NCBI GenBank assembly: GCA_000092065.1
Contig: CP000596.1
From: Ostreococcus lucimarinus
Taxonomy: Eukaryota
Reading direction: 5' to 3' (one strand)
DNA: 64,000 nucleotides
The translations under genes were made by a program, and so were the position numbers. Positions 42,201-51,699 of this stretch are shown here, piece by piece (within the stretch, counting starts at the first letter, position 1; each line of letters begins with the position of its first letter). The notes beneath the pieces were generated by a model. It searched no databases and was not told where the DNA came from. It was given only the letters and a program-made list of their open reading frames with translations.

Positions 42201-45162
42201 TGGAAAGTCATAATCGCCTCCTTCCCGACGGCGCGTACCCAGCATTCCAACAACACTGTATCACCAGCTTCGGCGTCTAGTCGATCAGTATTTTTCGCCC
42301 AGAGTTTCTCGTCTGCTCGCACGAGTCGGATGACATCATTCTCGTAACGAGGTGGATCAACGATCACGTCTGGATCATCGCCTGTATCGCCAGAATACCC
42401 CAGTCGGTCGGTGAGAGAACCCTCGGCAAGTTGGCGTGCCTTGATCGATTGCGGCTGTAGACATACTTGAACACTGCCTATTGACATCCAAAGACCAAGA
42501 TCGACGCGCGCGTAGCCACCCGTCGATACGACGACAGATTCACCGGTAGGTATGTGATTCCCATCGGTGAGCGTGTACGCTTGTTCATTCAAAGGGTTTG
42601 AGTATGCGTGCTTGAAAAGTGCGACATTGCTGGAAGATGATTCGACGTCGTCGCTCGGCCGTAAAGTTATCGTCGAATTCTCATTTTCATCCGCGTCTGG
42701 AGGCCTGGACCCTCGGTAATTTGCGACCTCCCCATCTATTACGATCGGGTCGTGAAAATTAGCGCATATTCGGACGTCGGGTACTGGAACAGCGGAATCA
42801 CCGGCGTACACGTAACCACCTACCTCTCCGTGCCAGGGCGTGATGAATTTGAAAGGGACAGAGTTTATACTTCCACCGGATGATGTTTTCGTCACCACCT
42901 TATACTTCCAAATCTGTCCTGGGATTGCCGCCGCCTCTCTGTCGGCGAAAAGCAACGGCGCGTACGATCGATGACAGTACGTGAGGCCACTGTCAATCAT
43001 CACCACTGACTCATAAGGTGCATCCGTCAGAGAATCCTGCATGCTTTGACGAAGAATCTCGAACCCAACGTCATTCCAGGCGGTATCACGGAAGCTGAAA
43101 GTGACTCCTACTGGATCCAGTTTTCCGTTGACGTCAATAGTAGAACCATCGTAGTACAATCCACCTCCACATTCAAACTTTGAGTAAGTTTCCTCGCGAG
43201 CGTCCGAAATGACGCCACTTAAACACACAATTCTTCGAGCTTTTGGTGCGGATGATTGACGAAGCACGCAGCGCTTGTAATGTCCACATCTTACGGTATC
43301 AATGAACATCACTTCGCGTATCACTCCGGTATACACTCGAACGTCGTCGAATTCAAAATCCACCGCGCCAAGCAGTGTAACGTCCGTCATTGACTCGAGC
43401 GCGCTCAGCGGCCAAGTTTCATCGCGCGTGTAAGTCGTATCATCGATTACTGTGGCCTTTGCGTCACTCGTTGGATCTACGTACAATGTCATGAAATTCA
43501 CCGAGTTTACGGCGAACGCGATGAGGTGCCACTCCCCGTCGCACGCAAAATCAAGTTTCACATCCTTTGAGGATGTGAAAGCGCTCGGAGGATCCACAGA
43601 CTCCTTGACCTGATGAGATGCCCGCAGTTCGACCATGCCGTCGCTCGTACGTATCTTGAGGTATACGTGGAGTCTGTGATCGTGAAGTCCCAACTGTCCT
43701 TGAAACTGAGCGACCGTCATGAGTGATTCGTCGTTGGAGGATTTGGGTTGCGAGCAACGACTTGGATCGATGCGCACCCATGTGCTCATCGCGATGTCGT
43801 GCCCAAGCGTATCTTCTTTATCAAGAGAGTATGAATAATCGTTCGTCCCAGGATCATCCACTGCTTGAAGGCAGCGAAATCCGTTGCCCCCCGAACATCC
43901 CGATATTGTGCGAGCGGATTTCGGCTGCAATCTCATCGGGACGGAAGACTGTCCGTCGACGATTGGCGCGACCGAATCAAGCGATCCGTCGTGTAAAGGG
44001 TCTTCATCAAACGTAAATGCTGCCACGAGAGAAGCGTGTTCGTCGAGAAAGTCACTCGTTGCTGGGCGAATGTCCGTGAAGGAGATGGGAAGTTGAAGCG
44101 TCGTGCCGCCGACTTCATACTCTTCAAAGCGCACATCGACGACGTCGTCGACTGTACCGTCGGCAACGTTGATCTGATTGAAGAGTATACCATCCACGTA
44201 TGCGCAGACGTAATCGCCGTTCGTTGGCTTAGGACTGTACGACCATGCAGTGGTGAGCCCGTTGAGGCCACTCACACAGCGATTCTCCGTTTGCCAGTCG
44301 AGAGTCGGATAGGTGATGCTATCGATACTGAAACTGTTCGACGGAGCTCCGCTGCACTTGACGGGTCGAACGGGGATTTCCATCACGTCGACAATAGACA
44401 CTGCCAGATCTGTGTCGTGCGCGGCGCGAAATTGGTCATTCCAAACGTTGAGAATGTACCTCGAAACGCTTTGTTCCACCAACATGGCCTGAAGTTCATT
44501 CAGTCGCAGCAGTCCGTCGCTGGGATCGACGTCGTGCCTACGAAAGATGCTTTCCTTTGTCTTGTAAATTTCGCCATCATCGCACAGCACGTTGTTGAAT
44601 TGATCGTTACTCAGCAATATGTACCGGACCAGTTCTTCAAGCCCCGAATTCTGATTCGCGCTCGCTTGGCCGGCGGCGTTGAATCCGAGAGGCAGGTGCA
44701 AATCGCAACCCTTGATAACTTCGAAAGAGTGTTGACCAACGGTTTCCGAACCTGGAACGATGCCATCGACCGTAACAAAGTGACAGTTATAAGTTATGGT
44801 GTGAGATCCAACCGAGTGCGTCCCATCCAACTCTGTGAGCGCGAGCGCCTTCGGGAAAAAATCATTCCATTTGCGACACGGTAAGTTATCCGCGTAATCC
44901 GACTCGGAACACGACTGATCGTCTCGTTTCACGCGAACATCGCATCGGAGACCAAGCGCGTGATTGCTCACGCTCTCTTCATTCACATTCAGTAAACAAT
45001 CGCTCGCTTCAGCGCACGCGGGATGATGCACCGCGACTTGGAAATCGTACGAGTACGCCGCAACCCTCTCCGTGGTGGAACCAAATCTCACTTCAATCGC
45101 AGCACCGGCACCAGGCGGCGGCGGTGGACTCGGCGGCGGCGGGCTCGGCGGCGGGCTCGGCG

Positions 45163-45202
<40 letters not shown>

Positions 45203-45484
45203 CGGACTCGGCGGCGGCGGCGGGCTCGGCGGCGGCGAACAATTCGCTATACCCTCGCAATTCTCCGTTCGTGTTTGTCCCTCATACGCTCCACAACTTC
45301 GTCCACCGTTTCGCGGCTTGACGGTGATCGTGAACGTCTGCGAGTACGTCGCCGGTCCGCAAAAAGCCGTGCAACTCCCTTGCCAAAAGCCTACACAATC
45401 CGTTTTCGGCGGCGACGGCGACGACCCCCCGTGGACCCCTCGCAGCGACGACAGCGCGCTCGCGACGACCAACCCGCGCATCAT
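33254..45484 (-). CDS. giant single-exon cell-surface glycoprotein (about 4,076 aa from the MMRGLVV signal peptide); predicted type-I membrane protein with a hydroxyproline-rich/extensin-like multi-domain ectodomain
   Basis: Uninterrupted 12.3-kb ORF. MMRGLVVASALSSLRGVHG signal peptide; Cys-rich TSP1-like module (SCTAFCG...KPRNGGRSCGAYEGQTRTENC); many S(P)4 runs; two perfect EF-hand loops (DTDGSGGIDKSE, DMDGDGLLNAQE); three 201-aa repeat modules; C-terminal TM IFYTPFAFTLCVALFAFAF plus a 30-aa tail; GC about 48-52% versus 65-70% in flanking genes. Confidence 0.8.
39103..41040. repeat. 3 x 603-bp coding tandem array inside the giant gene (units begin near 39291, 39894, 40497) separated by GGC/GGT-rich Pro-linker DNA
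   Basis: Antisense ORFs at 39299 and 39902 translate identically over more than 150 aa (exact 603-nt offset); third unit at +1206 is more diverged; each unit encodes a 201-aa module ending ...AVEYFKNEIRFYTSQQTPEYPLHAD. Confidence 0.85.
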
Positions 45485-45569
45485 CGTTCGCGTCGCGTCC
45501 CATCGACGTCCGGCGCCATCGCGCGTCGTCGACCGCGACGGCGCGCGTCGTTCGCGAAGCTGACGCGGC

Positions 45570-45602
<33 letters not shown>

Positions 45603-46218
45603 GTCGTCCGTCCTCGCGCGCGGCCCTCGCGCGGGCGCCGCGTCGTCGCGCGTCGGGGGTTTCGGTTCGCTCCGCGTTCGTCGCGCTCGCGTCGCGCGAT
45701 GCCGTCGCGCGCGCGACGAACGCGCGCCGCGACGTTTGGGGGAGGTGTTGCGTCTTTTCAAAAAAAAACGAGGGTGTTACAAGGGTGTTACGAGGGTGTT
45801 GCGCGCGGGGCGTTACAAAATAAACGTCTAGGCTAGTTGGAGGACGCGAGGTCGAACGGATTGTTTTCTTCGGGATTCAATCGAATTCTTCGGAATTCTT
45901 GGAGATGCGAGCTCCGCAGCGGACCTCGCGCCCTACGCCTTCGCCCGATTTCGGCGAACGAACGAACGATCGCTCGCCTTCCGGCGGCGGCGCCGACAGC
46001 CCCTCGGGACTGGCGACCACCCACCTGGGAGGAGGGAAATCCCTGACCGCGATGCGCACCATCTCGAATGCGCGCACTCGGGATGATCCACGGACCCGCG
46101 CGCGCGCATCCGAACGATGCGGTAGGGAGTTTCTTTCGACCGACGCTTTTTTTTGTTTGACTTCCGTCGCCCCCGAAGGCGCGTCGACCGCTTCCATCGT
46201 AAAATTCGCGCGCGTCCG

Positions 46219-46764
46219 CTACATCTCGCCGCACTCCGCGATCACGCACGGCAGCTTGGGCTTATTCCCGCCCCCCGTCGCCACGTTCTCCACCTTTCTA
46301 ATCACCAACATCCCGTCTCCCAGCACGCGTCCGAACACCACGTGCTTATCGTCCAACCACTCCGTCTTCGCGCACGTCACGAAGAACTGGCACCCGTTCG
46401 TGTCCGGCCCGCTGTTCGCGCTCGACAGCAACCCCGCACCCGTGTGCCTGCCGACGAACGCCTCGTCGTCGAACTTCGATCCGTATATCGACGCGCACCC
46501 CGTGCCGTCGCCGTTGACGAAGTCCCCGCCCTGAATCATGAAATCCTTGATCACGCGATGAAACGCGCACCCCTTGTACCCTCGCGGCGCGCCCTCGCGC
46601 GAGCGAAACTCCCCCGCGCACATCTGCCTGAAGTTTTCGCACGTCTTCGGCGCGACGTCGGCGAAGAGCTCGAACGTCACCCGCCCCGCGCTCGCGCCGC
46701 CGATCGTCACGTCGAAGAAAACCACCGGATTCGAGTCGACGCGCGCGCGATCGTGCCACGACAT
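46219..46764 (-). CDS. CYP: cyclophilin A-type peptidyl-prolyl cis-trans isomerase
   Basis: [35 protein letters not shown]...[15 protein letters not shown]...[12 protein letters not shown]...HVVFGRV is canonical cyclophilin. Confidence 0.9.
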   Translation of the reverse strand: MSWHDRARVDSNPVVFFDVTIGGASAGRVTFELFADVAPKTCENFRQMCAGEFRSREGAPRGYKGCAFHRVIKDFMIQGGDFVNGDGTGCASIYGSKFDDEAFVGRHTGAGLLSSANSGPDTNGCQFFVTCAKTEWLDDKHVVFGRVLGDGMLVIRKVENVATGGGNKPKLPCVIAECGEM

Positions 46765-47363
46765 CCTCGGCGACGACGCGCGGCGTCGCCCGCGACGCGC
46801 GCGCGCGGTCCCGGTCGCGCCTCGCGACGCGACGCGGCGATGAGTGTGGACGATTCCTCACATCACAGCGCGCGACGTCGACCGCGTCGACGCTCGGACC
46901 CTCGCGAGACCTTCTCTTTATGGCCGACGACTTAGTGTTCGGTGCGTCGACGCCACGCGCGCGGCGCGTCGCGATCGCGTCGCGGCGCGCGCGCGGCGAC
47001 GCGATCGCGACGCGCGATCGCGACCTCGAATCGCGAACGATTCTTTCGGCGTCGCGCGGTTCGCGGCGCGCGCGCGCGCGAAGGGCGCGCGCGCGCGCGC
47101 GATGGACGCGCGATCGTCGCGCGCGACGGCGAGCGGCGCGAGCGGGGACGACGCGACGCGCGCGGGACGGGAAAACGGGACGATGGAGGGATCGCGCGGC
47201 GCGAGGGCGCGCGAGACGACGAGGCGCGCGGGAAGCGCGCGGATCTCGGACGAGACGCGCGAGGGATGACGAGGGATGACGAGGGATGGGGCGCGATGAC
47301 GACGACGACGACGACGCGAACGAGAGACTGACGAGAGGCGCGCGACGAATCCGCGAGACGCAG

Positions 47364-47713
47364 CCAACGATCCCTTTGCTAACGAAGCGCTTGACTTTGG
47401 AGACGAAGAAAAGCCAAAAAAGGAAAAGAAGGAAACCGCGGACTCGGTTCAGGAGAACTACATTCACATTCGCGTGCAACAGCGTAACGGACGTAAGAGC
47501 TTGACGACGGTGCAAGGACTCAACCCGAAGATCAACAAGAAATTGGTGCTCAAGGATCTCAAGAAGAAGTTCAACTGCAACGGATGCATCGTTGAGGATC
47601 CCGATCACGGAGACATCGTTCAGCTTCAAGGAGACCAGCGTAAGCAAATCGCGACGTTCCTTCTCGAGGCGAAGATTTCTAAAAAGGCGTTGATCAAGGT
47701 GCACGGGAGTTAA
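47364..47713 (+). CDS. SUI1: translation initiation factor eIF1 (SUI1), main coding exon only; initiator-Met exon not resolved
   Basis: DPFANEA...ENYIHIRVQQRNGRKSLTTVQGL...LKKKFNCNGCIVEDPDHGDIVQLQGDQRKQIATFLLEAKI...IKVHGS aligns to eIF1 along its length; the frame has a TGA at 47297 and no ATG between it and the DPFA motif. Confidence 0.8.
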
Positions 47714-48035
47714 AATCTCACGCGCGTGATTTCACGACGGACGCGACGAGACGTCCAAAATTTTACTTACACGTTACACGACGCAAACGCGCGACTGGGA
47801 GACGGCGACCGCCGAAAGACAGACACGTTGAGGGGGGGTAGATTTTTTACCCGCGGCGCTCGCGCCGCCGGTGTACTTCTTGTAGCTTTCTCTTAGCGTT
47901 GTCAGATACGAAATGATACGAATTGCGTGACTTTCGTTTACCAGCCAAACTTCGTCAAGGGCGCGCTCTCGCGAGACGTCGAGTTTAAAAGTTCAATCTC
48001 ACACTACACACACCGCTCGTTCGATTCGTTCGCCG

Positions 48036-48827
48036 CTATTCTTCCTCATCCGGCGACGCGGCCTCGTCTTCGGTCGCCGCCTCCGCCGCGTCGTCGCCGC
48101 GTCGTTTCGTCCCCCACGAGCGCGCCTTTTCGTTCCTCGCCTTCGCCGCGGCCCTGCGCTCGTTCGCGCCCCCCCCGACCGGCCCGCTCACGACGACGTT
48201 CTTATAATTCTCCCCGCTCGACGTCATTTTCAGAATTTTAAATCCGCACAGCTCTCCGACCACGGGCGCGTCCACCTTCCCCCCCCCCGCCGCCGCTCGC
48301 TCCGCCGTCGTCGGCGGCGCTCGACCTCGATACGCTCTCGCCGGCAAAAACGCAATCATTCCCGCGATCCCCACCGCGTACCCCCCGTTCACCGCGTTCA
48401 ATATCCTCCCTTTCACCGTCGCACCCGCGTCGCGCGCTCGCACGAGCTCCCTCCACACCCGCTCCAGCGACCGCCGTCTCGCCAGCCCCTTCACCTCCAG
48501 GTCGAGCGCGCCCGCGGGATTATTCATCCACGTCACCCTCGCCTCCACGACGTCCCCGACCCGCGGCGTCGCGTCCAGCTCGCTCAACTTGTACGTCACC
48601 GCGCCCCGGATCCCCGTCAGCGCGCTCGCGACGCCGTTCCGCGCGTCGACGGCGACTATTCTCGTCGCGATGACTTTGCCCTGCACGCACGGCATCAGCG
48701 CGTTGTGCGCCGCGTCGTCGCGCGTCGGCGTCGAGTGCGGCGCCGTGGCGTCGCGCGTCGTCGTCGTCGTCGTCGCCGCGCCGCGCCGTCCCGCGAGACG
48801 CGCGAGCGCGACGCCGCGTCGAATCAT
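48036..48827 (-). CDS. S1 RNA-binding domain protein, organellar ribosomal S1-like
   Basis: VGDVVEARVTWMNNPAGALDLEVKG and KGRILNAVNGGYAVGIAGMIAFLPARAY S1-fold motifs; Lys/Glu-rich tail; ATG at 48827 (the 627-aa track ORF is over-extended upstream). Confidence 0.6.
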   Translation of the reverse strand: MIRRGVALARLAGRRGAATTTTTTRDATAPHSTPTRDDAAHNALMPCVQGKVIATRIVAVDARNGVASALTGIRGAVTYKLSELDATPRVGDVVEARVTWMNNPAGALDLEVKGLARRRSLERVWRELVRARDAGATVKGRILNAVNGGYAVGIAGMIAFLPARAYRGRAPPTTAERAAAGGGKVDAPVVGELCGFKILKMTSSGENYKNVVVSGPVGGGANERRAAAKARNEKARSWGTKRRGDDAAEAATEDEAASPDEEE

Positions 48828-49118
48828 CGTCGCGACGATCGGGACGCGCGTCGATCTGCGGCGCCGCACACGCGCGCGCGGGAGACGCGCGGCGCGGCGA
48901 CGACGATGCGCGCGGCGACGCGCGCGACCGCGGCGCGCGTCGCCGCGACGCGCGCGCGCGCGCGACGCGCGAGGGCGACGACGATTCGCGACGACGATTC
49001 GACGCGGCGTCGTCGCCGCGCGTCTCGCGCCGAGGCGCGGCGCGGCGACGACGACGACGGCGCGAGCGGCGCGAGGGAGACGGCGCCCCGCGCGTCGGCG
49101 CAGGCGCGGGCGTCGGCG

Positions 49119-50279
49119 ATGGACGCGGTGTGGGCGCGCGCGCACCCGAAGTACCTGCAGTCGGACGCGCTCGACGACGCGTTTTGCGACGAGATCGAGC
49201 GCGCGGACGACGTCGCGCGACGGCGGGACGCGGCGAAGATCGGGGCGTCGTCGCGGGAGGGCGGCGCGGGCGCGGCGGGCGACGAGGGGGCGGACGAGGC
49301 GGTGGATTACATTTGGACGGCGATTCGAGAGGAGGCGAGGCGAGACGCGGCGAGGGAGCCGATGCTGTCGAGCTCCCTGTACGCGAGCGTGCTCAGTCAC
49401 GACACGCTGGAGCAGAGCTTGAGCTTCGTGTTGGCGAATAAGTTGGCGGACAGCACGCTGCTGCCGACGCAGCTGATGGAGATTTTTAACACGGTGCTGA
49501 CGGAGGAGGAGGAGACGGCGGCGGGCGCGGAGCTGCGCGAGGCGGTGAGGGCGGACGTCGCGGCGTTCAAGGAACGAGATCCGGCGTGCGTGGGGTACTC
49601 GCACGCGTTGTTGTTGTTCAAGGGGTTTCACGCGCTGGAGTCGCATCGCATTCAGCACGCGCTGTGGAACCGCGGGCAGAGACTCATGGCGTTGGCGATG
49701 CAGAGTCGAATCTCCGCCGTGTTCTCGATGGACATTCATCCGGCGGCGCGGTTGGGGAAAGGGATCTTGATCGATCACGGCACGGGTGTGGTGATCGGTG
49801 AGACGTGCGTGATCGGAGACTCGGTGAGCATCTTGCAAGGCGTCACTCTGGGGGGCACCGGGAAGGCGGTCGGCGACCGTCATCCCAAAATCGAGTCGCA
49901 CGTCTTGATCGGCGCGCACAGCACCGTGCTCGGGAACATCAAAGTCGAGCGCGGATCGATGATCAGTGCGGGGAGCTTAGTGTTGAAGCCCGTCGCGGCG
50001 CACACCATGGTCGCTGGCTCGCCCGCGAAGGTCGTGGGTAAGGTTCGCGACAGCAAACCGTCGCTCGTCATGGACCATCACATCACGCCCATGGCGCCGA
50101 CGTTTTGCGACGACTTGGAAGAGGCGGTGCGTCGACAAGTGAGCGAGGAGAAAGAGAAGTGGACTCGCACGGCCGAAGATGAGGATCGAGTGCGCTCGCA
50201 AGTGATTTCCGCGGACGAGAAGAGGCGGCGAAGACGCGATCGAGGCAGTAGAAGCGGCGGCGATTCGTCGACGCGATGA
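49119..50279 (+). CDS. SAT: serine O-acetyltransferase (CysE/SAT); an upstream in-frame ATG at 48906 would add a transit peptide
   Basis: LWNRGQRLMALAMQSRISAVFSMDIHPAARLGKGILIDHGTGVVIGETCVIGDSVSILQGVTLGGTGK...HPKIESHVLIGAHSTVLGNIKV is the SAT N-terminal helical domain plus left-handed beta-helix hexapeptide repeats. Confidence 0.85.
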   Translation: MDAVWARAHPKYLQSDALDDAFCDEIERADDVARRRDAAKIGASSREGGAGAAGDEGADEAVDYIWTAIREEARRDAAREPMLSSSLYASVLSHDTLEQSLSFVLANKLADSTLLPTQLMEIFNTVLTEEEETAAGAELREAVRADVAAFKERDPACVGYSHALLLFKGFHALESHRIQHALWNRGQRLMALAMQSRISAVFSMDIHPAARLGKGILIDHGTGVVIGETCVIGDSVSILQGVTLGGTGKAVGDRHPKIESHVLIGAHSTVLGNIKVERGSMISAGSLVLKPVAAHTMVAGSPAKVVGKVRDSKPSLVMDHHITPMAPTFCDDLEEAVRRQVSEEKEKWTRTAEDEDRVRSQVISADEKRRRRRDRGSRSGGDSSTR

Positions 50280-50358
50280 TCGAGTTGTAACAAATGAACA
50301 GTAAATGAATTCACAGCTGCGTTCGCGCACGCCAATCGGACCGACTAAAGAATGTGTG

Positions 50359-51315
50359 TTAATCGAACGGGTCGATGCGAGGATCGTGCTCGGTCGCGAG
50401 CGCCATCCCGGTGCACAAGCACGACGTGCACATAACCTTCGCCGTGCCGCTGCACGTCGGACAAATACATCTCGTGTTCGACGTCGGATCGATCAATCGC
50501 CCCGGGCGGTTGCTCGTCGAGCACTCCGCGCACTGTAAGTACCCACTCCCCTTGCAATACATGCAAATCTTCTTGCGCTGCTCTTTGACGTTTTGAATTT
50601 CGATGACGAAGAAGGCGGAAATCGCCCCCACGGCGCCGCCCGTGAACGAAGCCACGATCGGATCAACCTGCGCGAGCTGCGCGGGCAAGTGCACGCTATC
50701 TATGAACTCCGCGTACGACGTCCCGCCGAGCCCGAGTTTCACTTCCGCCATGGGTGCGATCAACCCTCCGAAGAGGAGCAAAAATCCCACCGCCGCGCCC
50801 CAATAAATCCGATAATCCTTCACGCTATCCTCCGTCAACACCGGGAATCCCGGGATCACGGACTCGAACTCCCGCGTCTCCTTCACCTCATCGTCGTCCA
50901 ACCCGATCGTCTTCACGCGCTGCTGCACCCGCAACCGTCGCAACTCCTCCATCAACAAAAACAATCGCTGTCGGCGACTCTCGATGTTCTGCGCGATCTC
51001 CCCCGCCTGCATGTCCGCGAAATCCACCACACTGTTCCGCCCCTCGATGATGCAATAATTCTCCGGCAACGCTTGCGAATCAAAATCTCGCGCCTCGCCC
51101 TCCGCGTCGTCCTCCTCCGCGTCGTCGTTCGCCGCCGTCGTCGCCGCGCCCTCGCCTTCGCCCTCGCCGATCGCTCTGCGCGTCCCTCCCGCGCGCGTTC
51201 GCGCCCATTCCGCGCGCGCCGTCCGCGACGCTTTCGCGCGCATCCGCACTCGCGCGTTCACCGCCCCCGTTCGCGCGCGCATCGCGCATCGCGTCGTCGG
51301 CGTCGTCGCGCGCAT
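50359..51315 (-). CDS. OR: ORANGE (OR) protein: DnaJ-like Cys-rich zinc-finger chloroplast membrane protein
   Basis: YCIIEGRNSVVDFADMQAGEIAQNIESRRQRLFLLMEELRRLRVQQRVK, two TM helices, then CMYCKGSGYLQCAECSTS...CPTCSGTAKVMCTSCLCTG (four CxxCxGxG-like repeats) matches plant OR; ATG at 51315. Confidence 0.85.
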   Translation of the reverse strand: MRATTPTTRCAMRARTGAVNARVRMRAKASRTARAEWARTRAGGTRRAIGEGEGEGAATTAANDDAEEDDAEGEARDFDSQALPENYCIIEGRNSVVDFADMQAGEIAQNIESRRQRLFLLMEELRRLRVQQRVKTIGLDDDEVKETREFESVIPGFPVLTEDSVKDYRIYWGAAVGFLLLFGGLIAPMAEVKLGLGGTSYAEFIDSVHLPAQLAQVDPIVASFTGGAVGAISAFFVIEIQNVKEQRKKICMYCKGSGYLQCAECSTSNRPGRLIDPTSNTRCICPTCSGTAKVMCTSCLCTGMALATEHDPRIDPFD

Positions 51316-51516
51316 GGCGCGACGCTTTTCGCCCTTTCGCGTCTTCTCGACGCCGTCGACGCGTCGTCGGGCCGCCGTTCGGCGTCGCGAGGCGGTCGGT
51401 CGGCGCGCGCGCTCGCGCGCTCGCGCTCGCGCGTCGCCGCGCGCGTCGGCGTCGGCTCGAGGCGCGCTGTGCGGCGTCGACGCGCGCGCGGGTTATCCGG
51501 AGCGGCCGTCGCCGCT

Positions 51517-51536
51517 GAACCCTAGCTAGGGTTTAG
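51517..51536. promoter_or_regulatory. telo-box-like palindrome AACCCTAGCTAGGGTT in the OR/SUFE3 bidirectional promoter
   Basis: ctgaaccctagctagggtttagac: 16-bp perfect palindrome whose arms are AACCCTA; TAGGGTTTAG matches the plant-type telomere repeat TTTAGGG. Confidence 0.35.
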
Positions 51537-51699
51537 ACGTATCCATCGCCGACGCCGTCGCCGCGACACGGCGACGCGCGCCGACCGCCCGACGCGCGCG
51601 CGCGACGCCGACGCGCGCGCGACGCTCGCGCCGACCGCCCGCGCGCGCCGACGCGCGCCGACGCGCCGACGCGCCGACGCGACGACGCGAAACGTCGCG

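Noticed and set aside
47102-47116. Candidate eIF1 first exon ATGGACGCGCGATC followed by the only nearby GT donor (47116), spliced to the CAG acceptor at 47363
   Set aside because: Splice phase does not match (a phase-2 donor against an acceptor needing phase 1), so this specific model fails. The first exon remains unresolved rather than assigned.
48828-49919. N-terminal 360 aa of the 627-aa minus-strand ORF 48036..49919
   Set aside because: Only the C-terminal 263 aa (from ATG 48827) form the S1-domain protein. The upstream part is antisense to the well-supported serine acetyltransferase gene and is Arg/His/Leu-rich noise.
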